From Planctomycetota bacterium (GTDB lineage: Bacteria; Planctomycetota; PLA2; JAEUHO01): 64,000 nucleotides of DNA. The stretch spans positions 160,001 through 224,000 of the forward strand of contig CBDCWP010000039.1 in the NCBI GenBank assembly GCA_965223505.1. Direction: 5' to 3'. The notes under the pieces were generated by a model. It was given only the letters and a program-made list of their open reading frames with translations. It was not told the DNA's origin and did no database searches. The translations under genes were made by a program, and so were the position numbers. This document shows positions 19,663-31,678 of this stretch, piece by piece (the first letter of the stretch is position 1; every line of letters starts with the position of its first letter).

Positions 19663-20052
19663 TCAGAGAACGGCGCGGCTGATCTCGCGGTTGGCGTCGT
19701 CGTACGCGAACACCGTGGCCGAGGTTTCCGTCGCGTCGACGATCATCTGCGCGATGCCCTCGCAGATGCGGCGGGCGGTCTTCTGCTCGGTGTTCTGGTC
19801 CACGAGGATGTTGAGCCGGTAGCGCTGCTCGTTCGGGCGCCACGCGATGTCGCCCTGCACGCCCAGGAAGTCCACCTCCGCGTCGAAGCGCGAGATGATG
19901 GCCTCGCGCAGCTGCTCGCGCACGTCCTGGGTGAGCAGGTCCTTCTTCTCGCTCTGGAAGAAGTGGCGATTCTCGTACGCGAACCACGCGACGGCGCACA
20001 CCACCACGAACATGGCGAAGGACTTGGCGGGATGGCGCACGCGACTCGACAT
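19663..20052 (-). CDS. Hypothetical membrane-anchored protein
   Basis: 129 aa, N-terminal TM, coding-like codon usage. Confidence 0.65.
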   Translation of the reverse strand: MSSRVRHPAKSFAMFVVVCAVAWFAYENRHFFQSEKKDLLTQDVREQLREAIISRFDAEVDFLGVQGDIAWRPNEQRYRLNILVDQNTEQKTARRICEGIAQMIVDATETSATVFAYDDANREISRAVL

Positions 20053-20147
20053 CTGGGGGACTCCGTGCCTTCCCTTTCGGCGTTATCTCCCACCCGACTT
20101 GAATCGGAACAAAACGCGTACAGCAGGTCCGGGTAGGCTGAGGGTCC

Positions 20148-20540
20148 GTGCCGCTCAAACCGCGCCCCAGCCCCGATCGTTCGCCCCCGCAGGGCGTTCC
20201 TCGCTGGCTCTGGCCGCCGCCCGGCGCCACGGTGCGCGGCGTCGGCATCCGCGAGCGGATCGGCGCGGACGGCGAGGTCGTCTACCGCGTCGAGGGCGAG
20301 CCGCCCGAGCGACTCCACCTGCGCGCGCTGCAGTGGCTGCTCGACGAGCACACCCGCGCGAGCCCGCCCGAGGGGGGGTGTCCCTTCGAGGGTGAGATCT
20401 TGCTCGAGATCGCTCGCACCGAGATGCCCAACGGCAAGGTCGGACACGCGTACGCCCTCAACGCGGGCCCGCTGGGCGCGCCGTCGGCCGATGCGGCGCG
20501 GGGGATTCTCTGGCGCTACATCGACGCCCACACCACCTAG
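20148..20540 (+). CDS. Hypothetical protein
   Basis: 130 aa ORF filling the gap before mrpE; GAGGG upstream. Confidence 0.45.
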   Translation: MPLKPRPSPDRSPPQGVPRWLWPPPGATVRGVGIRERIGADGEVVYRVEGEPPERLHLRALQWLLDEHTRASPPEGGCPFEGEILLEIARTEMPNGKVGHAYALNAGPLGAPSADAARGILWRYIDAHTT

Positions 20541-20625
20541 CGGGCGCCGCCCCCGGATCTGCCTTCCCCGAGGGACGCGAGGGCGGTACCTTCCCGCCTC
20601 GGCGCACTTGGGAGGGTGACGAAAG

Positions 20626-21120
20626 GTGAGTTTCCTCGTCACTTGGGTCGTCCTCGCAGGGTTCTGGTGGGGGCTCTCCGGCAAGGCCGACGCGACCCAC
20701 CTCGTCTTCGGGGCGGTCAGCGTGACGCTCGTGAGCGCCCTCTCACACCGCCATCTCACGGCCAACGCCACCGTGCGATTGGGCCTGGCCCGCACCGTCC
20801 GCACGATCCTGTATCTGCCGTGGCTGTTCTGGCAGATCTTCGTCGCCAACATCGACGTGTTGCTGCGCGTCATCGGCGTTCGCCCGATCGATCCGAAGAT
20901 GATCCGCTTCCGTCCGGAGCTGGACTCCGACTACGGGCTCACGCTGCTCGCCAACAGCATCACGCTCACGCCCGGGACCGTCACCGTCGAGGTCGACAAC
21001 GGCGAGATGATCGTCCACGCGCTCACGCCCGGCGCGGCCGACGGCGTCATGAGCAAGGCCATGGAGGAGCGCGTACACAGGGTCGAAGGTGAAGGCGGCA
21101 ACCGAGAGGACGACGACTGA
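20626..21120 (+). CDS. mrpE: Mrp/Mnh Na+/H+ antiporter subunit E
   Basis: LANSITLTPGTVT motif. Confidence 0.92.
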   Translation: MSFLVTWVVLAGFWWGLSGKADATHLVFGAVSVTLVSALSHRHLTANATVRLGLARTVRTILYLPWLFWQIFVANIDVLLRVIGVRPIDPKMIRFRPELDSDYGLTLLANSITLTPGTVTVEVDNGEMIVHALTPGAADGVMSKAMEERVHRVEGEGGNREDDD

Positions 21121-21416
21121 TGCCGGACGTCTACGTCGCCACGATCGCCATCGTCCTCGTCGGCGTGCTCATCGTCTTGCATCGCGTCATCACCGGGCCC
21201 ACGCTGCAGGACCGCATCCTCGCCGTCAACGTGATCGGTACGAAGACCATCGTCTTGCTCGCGCTGGTCGGCTTCGTGTACGAGCGGCCCGGGTTCTTCC
21301 TCGACATCGCGCTCGCGTACGCCTTGATCAACTTCGTCGCGACGCTCGCCGTCCTGCGCTACCTCGAGGACCGTGCGCGCCGCAAGCGCACCACGGCCGA
21401 GGAGGAAGCGTCATGA
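21120..21416 (+). CDS. mrpF: Mrp antiporter subunit F
   Basis: RVITGPTLQDRILAVN...DIALAYALINF. Confidence 0.92.
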   Translation: MPDVYVATIAIVLVGVLIVLHRVITGPTLQDRILAVNVIGTKTIVLLALVGFVYERPGFFLDIALAYALINFVATLAVLRYLEDRARRKRTTAEEEAS

Positions 21417-21811
21417 TCCTCCTGGCGTGGGCCGACACGGTCGCGACCGTCCTTCTGTTCGGCGGGGCGTTCTTCATGTTGATGGCGGCCGTCGGCGTCG
21501 TCCGATTCCCCGACTTCTACTCGCGCCTCCACGCCGCGGGCAAGGGCGACACGCTGGGGCAGGGGTTGGTGTTGTCCGGGCTGCTGTTCGTCGCGGGCCT
21601 CGGGCACGACACGTTCAAGCTCCTGCTGATCGCCTTCTTCGTCTTCATTCTCAACGCCACCGCGACGCACGCGCTCGCGCGCGCTGCGTGGCTGGCCGGC
21701 GTCAAGCCTTGGCGCCGCCGGGACGGGCCCGAGGACGACGTCCGGCAGTTCGAGGGCCAGATGACCGCGCGCGACCGCGAGGCCCTGTTCGACGAGGAGG
21801 CCGGTTCATGA
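21413..21811 (+). CDS. mrpG: Mrp antiporter subunit G
   Basis: GVVRFPDFYSRLHAAGKGDTLG; ATG at 21413. Confidence 0.92.
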   Translation: MILLAWADTVATVLLFGGAFFMLMAAVGVVRFPDFYSRLHAAGKGDTLGQGLVLSGLLFVAGLGHDTFKLLLIAFFVFILNATATHALARAAWLAGVKPWRRRDGPEDDVRQFEGQMTARDREALFDEEAGS

Positions 21812-22461
21812 TCGAGAGCCTCCTGCTTGCGATTCTCGTCGGGTTGGCGCTGGCGGCCGTGTGGATGCGCGACCTGCTCGGCTCCGCCGCGGTCCTCGGC
21901 GCGTACAGCCTCGTGATGGCGCTCCTCTGGGGCTACATGAACGCGCTCGACGTCGCGTTCACCGAAGCCGCCGTGGGCGCCGGCATCTCGACGGTGCTGA
22001 TGCTCGCCGCCGTCAACCGCATCGGACGGCTCGAGTCCGGGCACAGCGTCGGACCCTTGGTCAAGCCGGCGCTTCGAAGCATTGCCGAGCGCTCGGACGC
22101 GGCGAGGGCGCACCACAACGCGGGCGCCCGCCGCGCCCGCATCTGGGCGTTCCTGATGTGCGCACTGGTCGCTGCGGCGCTCATCTACGGCGCGCGCGAC
22201 ATGCCGAAGATCGGCGATACGAGCTCGCCCGCGAACCGGCCGGGCTCCGTGGCGTCGCACTACCTGGAGAAGTCCGACGAAGAGGTCGGCGCCTACAACA
22301 TCGTCACGTCCGTGCTCGGCGACTACCGCGGGTACGACACGATGGGGGAGACCTGCGTCATCTTCACGGCGGCCCTGTGCGTGCTGCTGCTGCTGAGGCT
22401 GGGCCGGCGCGACGAAGACACCGTCGACGTCGTCGAGGACGGAGGCGACCATGCGGACTAG
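21808..22461 (+). CDS. Mrp subunit B-related protein (DUF4040 plus MnhB N-terminal part)
   Basis: ALDVAFTEAAVGAG; NIVTSVLGDYRGYDTMGE. Confidence 0.88.
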   Translation: MIESLLLAILVGLALAAVWMRDLLGSAAVLGAYSLVMALLWGYMNALDVAFTEAAVGAGISTVLMLAAVNRIGRLESGHSVGPLVKPALRSIAERSDAARAHHNAGARRARIWAFLMCALVAAALIYGARDMPKIGDTSSPANRPGSVASHYLEKSDEEVGAYNIVTSVLGDYRGYDTMGETCVIFTAALCVLLLLRLGRRDEDTVDVVEDGGDHAD

Positions 22462-22936
22462 GAGCGTCGTCGTCCGCTACCTGGCGCTTCGCACCGCGCC
22501 GTTCATCCAGCTGTACGCCCTCTACGTCCTCGGCCACGGCGAGGACGGTCCCGGCGGCGGGTTCCAGGGCGGCGTGATCTTCGCAGCGTCCTTCGTGCTG
22601 ATGGGGTTGGCCTACGGCTGGTCCTTCGGCCGCAAGCAGGCGACCGGTCAGGTCGTCGAGACGCTCGCGCCGGCCGGCGCGCTCATCTACGCGGGCGTCG
22701 GCGCGATCTGCATGGTCGCCGGCGGCGCCTTCCTGCAGTACACGGCCATGCTCGGCACGCCGGCGCAGAAGGCTGTCCACCCGCACCTCGGGCTCATCGC
22801 GATCGAGGCGGGTGTGATGATCACCGTCGCGGCGTCGATGGTCATCCTCTTCTTCGAGATGTCGCGGCCCGGCACCGCCGCGGAGCACGCCGAGAGCGAG
22901 CGCGAAGAGCGCAAAGGGGGGGCGTCCGATGTTTGA
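22451..22936 (+). CDS. mrpB: Mrp antiporter subunit B
   Basis: GHGEDGPGGGFQGG motif. Confidence 0.9.
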   Translation: MRTRSVVVRYLALRTAPFIQLYALYVLGHGEDGPGGGFQGGVIFAASFVLMGLAYGWSFGRKQATGQVVETLAPAGALIYAGVGAICMVAGGAFLQYTAMLGTPAQKAVHPHLGLIAIEAGVMITVAASMVILFFEMSRPGTAAEHAESEREERKGGASDV

Positions 22937-23297
22937 CTGGCTCTCCGAGCACTATCACTACGTCATCTACATCCTGTTGATGACCATCGGCGTCTACGCG
23001 GTGCTCTCGAAGGGCAACCTCGTCAAGAAGGTCATCGGGTTGAACCTGCTGCAGACGGCGGTGTTCCTCTTCTACCTCTCGGTCGGCCGCGTCGAAGGCG
23101 GCACCGTCCCCGTCTACTGGCACGGCAAGGACGACGTCACCTACCAGAACCCGGTACCGCACGTGCTCATGCTGACCGCCATCGTCGTCGGCGTCGCCGT
23201 CACGGCCGTCGCGCTGGCGCTGATCGTGCGTATCAAGGAGGCGTACGGCAGCGTCGAAGAGGCCGACATCCTCAGCGCCGACGAGGAGGCCTCCTAA
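22929..23297 (+). CDS. mrpC: Mrp antiporter subunit C
   Basis: NLVKKVIGL; NPVPHVLMLTAIVVG. Confidence 0.92.
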   Translation: MFDWLSEHYHYVIYILLMTIGVYAVLSKGNLVKKVIGLNLLQTAVFLFYLSVGRVEGGTVPVYWHGKDDVTYQNPVPHVLMLTAIVVGVAVTAVALALIVRIKEAYGSVEEADILSADEEAS

Positions 23298-23300
23298 GTC

Positions 23301-24791
23301 GTGAGCGCCCAGATGCCCGCCCTCGTCGTGACCGTGCCGCTGCTCGCGGCGCTCGCCCTGCCGCTCATCTCGCGGCTGTGGCGCGGCGCCGGCCCGGTCG
23401 TCGTCGTCGCGTCGCTGGGCTTCGCGTTCTACGGCTCGCTCACGCTGTTGTTCGAGACGGCGAACGGTCCGATTCGCTATGCGATGGGCGCTTGGGTCGC
23501 GCCGATCGGCATCGAGTACGTCGTCGATCGTCTGAATGCAATGATCCTGACGATGGTGTCGGGCGCCGGGTTCCTCGCGGCGATCTGGATGCGGCGCAGC
23601 GTCGCGAAGGAGATCATCGAGCGCGGGCACGGCGCGTACTACGCGGTGTTCCTCCTGTTCGCGACCGGCCTGCTCGGCATCACGATCACCGGCGACGTCT
23701 TCAACCTGTACGTCTTCCTCGAGATCGCGTCGATCACGTCCTACGTCCTCATCGCCATGGGCCGGAAACGCCAGGCGCTCTATGCGGGCTTCAGCTACCT
23801 GATCCTCGGCAGCCTCGGCGCGACCTTCATCCTGCTCGGCATCGGCCACCTCTACATGGCGACCGGAACGCTGGCGATGGCGGATCTCGCGGTCAAGTTG
23901 CCCGAGCTGTACGACTCGTCGACCGTTCGAACCGCGTACGCGTTCTTCACGATCGGTCTCGCCATCAAGATGGCGCTGTTCCCGCTGCATGCATGGCAGC
24001 CGGCCGCGTACACCCACGCCCCGTCGGGCGCGAGCGTGTTCCTGGCGGCGACGGCCACCAAGGTGTCCGCGTACGTCTTCTACCGCATCACGTTCACGGT
24101 CTTCGGCGGCGAGTTCGTCGACGTCGCGCTGCCCGTTGTCCAGGACGGCGTCCTCATCATGTGCGTCGGCGCGATCGTCGTCGGGCCGCTGATCGCCGTG
24201 AAGCAGAACAACCTCAAGCGACTTCTGGCGTATTCGAGCGTGGGCCAGATCGGCTACATCATGCTCGGCGTCGTGCTCTTCACCTGGAGCGACAAGACCG
24301 AGATCGACGGACTGACGGGCGGCATCATCCACTTCTGGAATCACGCCGCCGCCAAGGGGGCGCTCTTCTGTGTCGCCGGCGGGCTCGTGTTCCGCACCGG
24401 CGCCGCGCGTGTGCAGGACCTGGCCGGCATGGGCCGCACGGCGCCGTGGACGAGCGCCGTACTGACGGTCGCGTGCTGCTCGATGATCGGCGTTCCGCTG
24501 ACCGCGGGCTTCCTGAGCAAGTTCTATCTCGCCTCCGGCGCGCTCGAGGCGGACCGCGGGTACGTGGTCGTGGTGCTGCTCATCAGCTCGCTGCTCACGG
24601 CCGTGTACTCATGGCGGTTGTTGCAGCTGGTTTGGTTCGCGCCGAAGGACGCGGACCCCAAGGTGCGCGAAGACGTGCCGTGGTCCATGCGCCTGCCGGC
24701 GATCGTGCTGGGCGCAGCGTGTCTGATCTTCGGCGTCTACACGGCGCACATCGACATTGCCGTCGAGGCGGCGGAGGGGTTGCTCAAGTAG
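23301..24791 (+). CDS. mrpD: Mrp antiporter subunit D (copy 1)
   Basis: GDVFNLYVFLEI, KMALFPLHAWQP, KRLLAYSS. Confidence 0.9.
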   Translation: MSAQMPALVVTVPLLAALALPLISRLWRGAGPVVVVASLGFAFYGSLTLLFETANGPIRYAMGAWVAPIGIEYVVDRLNAMILTMVSGAGFLAAIWMRRSVAKEIIERGHGAYYAVFLLFATGLLGITITGDVFNLYVFLEIASITSYVLIAMGRKRQALYAGFSYLILGSLGATFILLGIGHLYMATGTLAMADLAVKLPELYDSSTVRTAYAFFTIGLAIKMALFPLHAWQPAAYTHAPSGASVFLAATATKVSAYVFYRITFTVFGGEFVDVALPVVQDGVLIMCVGAIVVGPLIAVKQNNLKRLLAYSSVGQIGYIMLGVVLFTWSDKTEIDGLTGGIIHFWNHAAAKGALFCVAGGLVFRTGAARVQDLAGMGRTAPWTSAVLTVACCSMIGVPLTAGFLSKFYLASGALEADRGYVVVVLLISSLLTAVYSWRLLQLVWFAPKDADPKVREDVPWSMRLPAIVLGAACLIFGVYTAHIDIAVEAAEGLLK

Positions 24792-26291
24792 ATGCTCGCC
24801 CTCGTCGAAACCCTCCGCACGCACACACCGCTCTGGTGCATCGGTGTTTGCCTGCTCGCCGTGGCGGGCATCGTGGCGGCGCGTCGAAAGCCCAACGTGC
24901 GCGAGGGCGTCAGCCTGATCACGGCCGTCACGAACTTCGTGCTGGTCCTGTGGATCTACAAGCGCCACGACCCGGAGAGCCCGCTCGCCTTCGAGCTCGC
25001 CAACCTGGGCAAGGGGCTGGAGATCGCGTTCCGCGTCGATGAGCTCGGGCTGATCTTCGCACTGGTCGCGTCCAGCCTCTGGATCCTCAACACGCTGTAC
25101 TCGATCGGGTACATGCGCGCGCACGACGAGCACAAGCAGACGCGCTTCTTCTCCTGCTTCGCCATCGCCATCGCCGCGGTGATGGGGGGCGCGTTCGCCT
25201 CCAACCTGTTCACGATGTTCGCGTTCTACGAGATGCTGACCATCTGCACGTACCCGCTGGTGATCCACGCGGAGACGGACACGGCACGCGCGGGCGCGCG
25301 GCGCTATCTCTCGTACCTGCTCGGCGCTTCCATCGGTCTCTTGCTGCCGGCGCTGTTCTTGATCTGGCACATGTTCGGGACGTTCGAATTCACGGCCGGC
25401 GGCATCGCCGCCCCCGAAGGCGGCGACCCGGAGCCGTGGCTGCTCGGCCTGACGTTCGGGCTGTGCGTGTTCGGCATCGCCAAGTGCGCGATCATGCCGT
25501 TCCACTCGTGGCTGCCCGCGGCCATGGTCGCGCCTACGCCGGTGAGCGCGCTGCTGCACGCCGTCGCCGTCGTCAAGATGGGCGTGTTCGGCGTGTGCCG
25601 CATCGTCTTCCACGTGTTCGGGCCCGAGCGCCTCGACCGGCTCGGCGCGAACGACTGGTTGGTCTTCGGCGCGTGCTTCACGATCGTGTGCGCGTCACTG
25701 GTCGCGCTCGCCCAGGACAACCTCAAGCGGCGTCTGGCGTACTCGACCATCAGCCAGCTTTCCTACGTGTTGCTGGGGGCCGCGATGCTGGTGCCGGCGG
25801 CTGCCACCGGCGGCATGGCCCACATCGGCTTTCACGCGTTCTCGAAGATCACGCTTTTCTTCGGCGCGGGCGCGATCTACGTCGCCAGCCACAAGACGCT
25901 TGTCAGCCAGCTCGACGGCCTCGCGCGCAAGATGCCGATCACGATGACCGCGTTCTCGATCGGTGCGCTGTCGATGATCGGGCTGCCGCCCGTCGTGGGG
26001 ATCTGGAGCAAGCTCTATCTCGCCAACGGCGCCGCCGACGGCGGCTACGGATGGGTGCTCGGCGTGCTCGTCGTGAGCGCGCTGCTCAACGCCGGCTACT
26101 TCCTGCCGATCATCTGGCGCGCGTTCTTCCGACCGCCCAAGGACGGGGACCTCGACGACGTCAAGGAAGCGCCGTGGCCGTGCGTGGTCGCGCTGAGCGT
26201 GACCGCCGGGTGCTCCGTGCTGATGTTCTTCATGCCCGAGCTGTTCCTCGACCTGGCCGAGGCGGTCGCCGATGCGGGAGGTGCGCGATGA
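24792..26291 (+). CDS. Mrp antiporter subunit D-family (copy 2)
   Basis: FYEMLT, PFHSWLPAAMVAPTPVSALLHAVAVVK, KRRLAYST. Confidence 0.9.
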   Translation: MLALVETLRTHTPLWCIGVCLLAVAGIVAARRKPNVREGVSLITAVTNFVLVLWIYKRHDPESPLAFELANLGKGLEIAFRVDELGLIFALVASSLWILNTLYSIGYMRAHDEHKQTRFFSCFAIAIAAVMGGAFASNLFTMFAFYEMLTICTYPLVIHAETDTARAGARRYLSYLLGASIGLLLPALFLIWHMFGTFEFTAGGIAAPEGGDPEPWLLGLTFGLCVFGIAKCAIMPFHSWLPAAMVAPTPVSALLHAVAVVKMGVFGVCRIVFHVFGPERLDRLGANDWLVFGACFTIVCASLVALAQDNLKRRLAYSTISQLSYVLLGAAMLVPAAATGGMAHIGFHAFSKITLFFGAGAIYVASHKTLVSQLDGLARKMPITMTAFSIGALSMIGLPPVVGIWSKLYLANGAADGGYGWVLGVLVVSALLNAGYFLPIIWRAFFRPPKDGDLDDVKEAPWPCVVALSVTAGCSVLMFFMPELFLDLAEAVADAGGAR

Positions 26292-26590
26292 GCGAGCAAC
26301 AGCTGCCTCCGGAAGCCCTGCCGGACATCCCGATGAAGGCGCCGGACGAGGAACCGGGCTTCTTCCAGAAGCCGAAGAACATCAAGGCGATCATCATCGG
26401 GCTCTTCGTCGTCTGCGGGCTGTTGATCCTGCTCGACGTCGTCAACTACAAGGACCACATCTACTTCAGCCAGGAGAGATGGTTCGGCTTCTACGGGTTC
26501 TACGGATTCGTCGGCTGCGTCTCGCTCGTGCTCGCCGCGAAGGTGCTGCGCAAGATCGTGATGCGCAAGGAGGACTACTATGACGAGTAG
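26288..26590 (+). CDS. Small 2-TM protein within the Mrp operon
   Basis: ATGA overlap; FGFYGFYGFVGC...RKIVMRKEDYYDE. Confidence 0.8.
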   Translation: MSEQQLPPEALPDIPMKAPDEEPGFFQKPKNIKAIIIGLFVVCGLLILLDVVNYKDHIYFSQERWFGFYGFYGFVGCVSLVLAAKVLRKIVMRKEDYYDE

Positions 26591-28433
26591 TTTCCTCGCG
26601 CTCCTGACGTCCGAGCCGATCCCGCCGGCGATCGTCTTCATGCTCGGCGCCCTGCTCGTCCCGTTCCTGAAGGGACCGGTGCGCGCGATCTACATGCTCG
26701 CGCTGCCGGTGTTCAGTCTCGTAACGGTGATCGGCGCCGACCACGGCGCCTACTGGACGTACGAGGCCTTCGGCGAGACGCTGAGCTTCTTCCGCATCGA
26801 CCAGACGAGCCTGGTCTTCTCGTACATCTTCCACCTCGCGGCGTTTCTCGGCGTGCTGTACGCGCTGCACGTCAAGGACCGGCTGCAGGACACGGCGGGC
26901 ATCATCTACGCCGGTAGTGCGTTGGGCGCCGTGTTCGCGGGCGACCTCGTCACCTTCCTCATCTTCTGGGAGGTGATGGCGTTCTCGTCTGTGTTCATGA
27001 TCCTGGCGCGCCGAACGCCCGAGTCGAACAAGTCGGCGATGCGCTACCTGATGGTGCAGCTCGTCTCCGGCCTGTCCGTGATCGTCGGCATCGCGCTGCA
27101 CTTCCACGAGACCGGCTCGCTCGCGTTGGCGACGATGACCGACCAGCTCATGGACGGGGCGCCCGGCGCGCTGTTCATCTTCCTCGGCTTCGGTCTGAAG
27201 TGCGGCTGGCCGTTGATGCACAACTGGATCACCGACGGATACCCGGCCGCAACGCCCACGGGCTCGGTGTTCCTCAGCGCGTTCACGACGAAGTGCGCCG
27301 TCTATGCGCTCTTCCGCTGCTTCCCCGGCGCCGAGCCGCTCGTCTACATCGGCACAGCGATGGCGCTCTTCCCGATCTTCTACGCCGTGATCGAGAACGA
27401 TCTCAGGCGGGTCCTGTGCTACAGCATGATCAACCAGATCGGCTACATGGTCGTCGGCATCGGGATCGGCACCGAGCTGGCGCTCAACGGCGCGGCGGCG
27501 CACGCGTTCTGCGACATCCTCTTCAAAGGCCTGCTCTTCATGAGCATGGGCGCGGTGCTCTTGCGGACGGGCATCATGAACGGCAGCCACCTGGGCGGCC
27601 TGCATCGGACCATGCCGTGGACGGCCGGCTTCTGCGCCATCGGCGCGGCGTCGATCTCGGCGTTCCCACTCTTCAGCGGCTTCATCAGCAAGTCGATGAT
27701 CATGACCGCCGCCGCTGCGGAGGGCCGAACCGCGGTGTGGTTCTGCCTGCTCTTCGGTGCGGCGGGCGTGTTCCATCACGCCGGCATCAAGATTCCGTTC
27801 TTCGCGTTCTTCGGGCACGACCGCGGCATGCGGCCGAAGGAGGCGCCGAAGAACATGCTCGCGGCGATGGCGATCGCCGCCGGTTGCTGCATCGCGCTCG
27901 GCAGCTTTCCGGACCAGACGCTCTACAACTGGCTGCCGTTTCCGGTCGACTACGAGCCGTACACGACGATGCACGTCATCACCCAGACGCAGCTCTTGTT
28001 CTTCTCGGCGCTGGCGTTCTGCGTCTTGATGATCACGGGGTTGTATCCCCCGGAGCTGGTGTCGGTGAACCTGGACGCGGACTGGTGGTACCGCAAGGGC
28101 AGTCGTCGGTTCTTGCGCTTCGTCGAGGGCCCGCTGATGGCCGTGTTCGGGGGTTTGAGCCGGATCGTGCACGAGGTGATCCCGGACCGGCTCTCGACGT
28201 TCGCCAAGAACCCGGCGGGCTCGATGAAGCTGGCGTACGACCGTGCGCGGCTCGGCTTCGCGGGTGCGTTCGCGCCGTTGCCGGTGGTGGAGCGGATGCG
28301 GGCGGATCTCGAGGCCGACCAGGGGCGTTACGAGCGGACGCGTCCCGGCTCGGTGTGGCCGATCGGGACGACGGTGCTGTACATGGCGCTGCTGTTCCTG
28401 ATCTTCCTGATCGTCTACTTGACGTCTGACTAG
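26580..28433 (+). CDS. Mrp antiporter subunit D/A-like (copy 3)
   Basis: FWEVMA, HNWITDGYPAATPTGSVFLSAFTTK, ENDLRRVLCYS. Confidence 0.9.
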   Translation: MTSSFLALLTSEPIPPAIVFMLGALLVPFLKGPVRAIYMLALPVFSLVTVIGADHGAYWTYEAFGETLSFFRIDQTSLVFSYIFHLAAFLGVLYALHVKDRLQDTAGIIYAGSALGAVFAGDLVTFLIFWEVMAFSSVFMILARRTPESNKSAMRYLMVQLVSGLSVIVGIALHFHETGSLALATMTDQLMDGAPGALFIFLGFGLKCGWPLMHNWITDGYPAATPTGSVFLSAFTTKCAVYALFRCFPGAEPLVYIGTAMALFPIFYAVIENDLRRVLCYSMINQIGYMVVGIGIGTELALNGAAAHAFCDILFKGLLFMSMGAVLLRTGIMNGSHLGGLHRTMPWTAGFCAIGAASISAFPLFSGFISKSMIMTAAAAEGRTAVWFCLLFGAAGVFHHAGIKIPFFAFFGHDRGMRPKEAPKNMLAAMAIAAGCCIALGSFPDQTLYNWLPFPVDYEPYTTMHVITQTQLLFFSALAFCVLMITGLYPPELVSVNLDADWWYRKGSRRFLRFVEGPLMAVFGGLSRIVHEVIPDRLSTFAKNPAGSMKLAYDRARLGFAGAFAPLPVVERMRADLEADQGRYERTRPGSVWPIGTTVLYMALLFLIFLIVYLTSD

Positions 28434-28468
28434 GGGGGCCTCCTCGGCGCTCGCTCGTTGTTGATCGC

Positions 28469-28493
28469 GGGCGGGGTCGAGCCCCGCCCCTAC
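28469..28493 (-). repeat. GTAG-type REP-like palindrome
   Basis: Minus strand GTAG-GGGCGGGG-CTCGA-CCCCGCCC; a half copy (ccccgcccctac) at 28669-28680. Confidence 0.6.
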
Positions 28494-28514
28494 GGGCTCG
28501 CTGCGAATCGGCGA

Positions 28515-28640
28515 ACCCGATCCCGGAGCCCGATCCCGGCACCGATGCCGATCCTGATCCCGGAGCCCGATTCCGAACCCGTTCCCGAACCCGACCCCGA
28601 TCCCGACCCCCGTTCCCGAACCCCGACCCCGATCCTCATC
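28515..28640. repeat. Degenerate hexamer tandem repeat (CCCGAN)
   Basis: cccgat/cccgga/cccgaa/cccgac units with imperfect phase between the mrp operon and hppA. Confidence 0.7.
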
Positions 28641-28767
28641 CTCCCAACCACGGCGCGCTTGTCCCCGTCCCCGCCCCTACAAGTTGTGTCGCGTTGGCTT
28701 GCTCCCCCCTACACTCCTCCGCGTACGCCCACTGAAACCGGGCTGCAATCTCCCAGGGAGGGCTGAG

Positions 28768-30885
<2,118 letters not shown>

Positions 30886-30929
30886 GGGACGTGTAACCGC
30901 GGCGCGCCGTCGGACGAGGTTCGTCTACG

Positions 30930-31487
30930 ATGGCGCGCGTGCAAACTCGACGTCTGCTGAGAGCCGAGGACCTCCTCTCGGGCCGCCACGACGAGCTCGG
31001 TGAGCTGTGGGACGGCTGCTACGTGGTGCGTGAGCCGTCCGGCGGCTGGCACGGCGTACTGGGCTCCCGGCTGATCAGACGGCTCTTGAACGAGGCGTCG
31101 GTCGAGCGCGCCGGCTGGGTGCTCGACGCGAGCGGCGGATACGTCGTCGCCCGCGATCCGGATCGCGTGCTGTCGCCGGATGTGTCGTTCATCTCCAAGG
31201 CGCGGCTGCCGACGCTGCCGGCGCGAGGGTTCATCGAGGGACCGCCGGACTTCTGCGTCGAGGTGCGTTCGCCGCACGACTCGTGGACCGCGGTCGTCGA
31301 GAAGGGCGGGATCTGGATCGCTCACGGCGTCGTCGCCGTCTGGTGCGTCGATCCGTTCCGCCGGCGGGTGGCCGTGCTGCGCCCCGCGCAGGTCCCCGAG
31401 CTTTGCGGCGGCGGGGCCAGGGCGGACGCGCGACCGGCCCTCGAGTTCGAGATGCCGGTCGACGAGCTGTTCGAGGGCGTCGCCTGA
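30930..31487 (+). CDS. Uma2-family PD-(D/E)xK endonuclease-like protein
   Basis: ELWDG, PDVSFI, PDFCVEVRSPHD, GVVAVWCVDP. Confidence 0.85.
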   Translation: MARVQTRRLLRAEDLLSGRHDELGELWDGCYVVREPSGGWHGVLGSRLIRRLLNEASVERAGWVLDASGGYVVARDPDRVLSPDVSFISKARLPTLPARGFIEGPPDFCVEVRSPHDSWTAVVEKGGIWIAHGVVAVWCVDPFRRRVAVLRPAQVPELCGGGARADARPALEFEMPVDELFEGVA

Positions 31488-31615
31488 CGCGTTCGTGACC
31501 GTCGACCGCCGGTGTGGGGGCCGAGCCGGGACGCTCGCCCCGACCGGCGCCCCGCGACCGGTGCGGCGACCCCTGATGCGACCGGCAGCCTGGGGTTCCC
31601 GCCCCAACCGAGTGG

Positions 31616-31643
31616 GGAACACCCGCGCCGCCGCCGATTCAAG
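31616..31643 (+). promoter_or_regulatory. Possible RpoE-type ECF promoter
   Basis: GGAACAC-N16-TCAAG about 35 nt upstream of the HtrA-like protease. Confidence 0.4.
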
Positions 31644-31678
31644 AGGAGGGGAGCGGCGCGCAACGGATCGGAGGTGTC

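Noticed and set aside
20541..20625. Hairpin upstream of mrpE as a Na+ riboswitch
   Set aside because: Only a generic GC-rich stem; no recognisable conserved riboswitch nucleotides
28458..28766. Pro/Asp-rich 102-aa ORF over the hexamer repeat
   Set aside because: Low-complexity product of an intergenic microsatellite; repeat phase shifts and no RBS
30930..31487. Uma2 nuclease as a defence or mobile system
   Set aside because: Stand-alone Uma2 genes are common in such genomes; no methylase, integrase or flanking repeats
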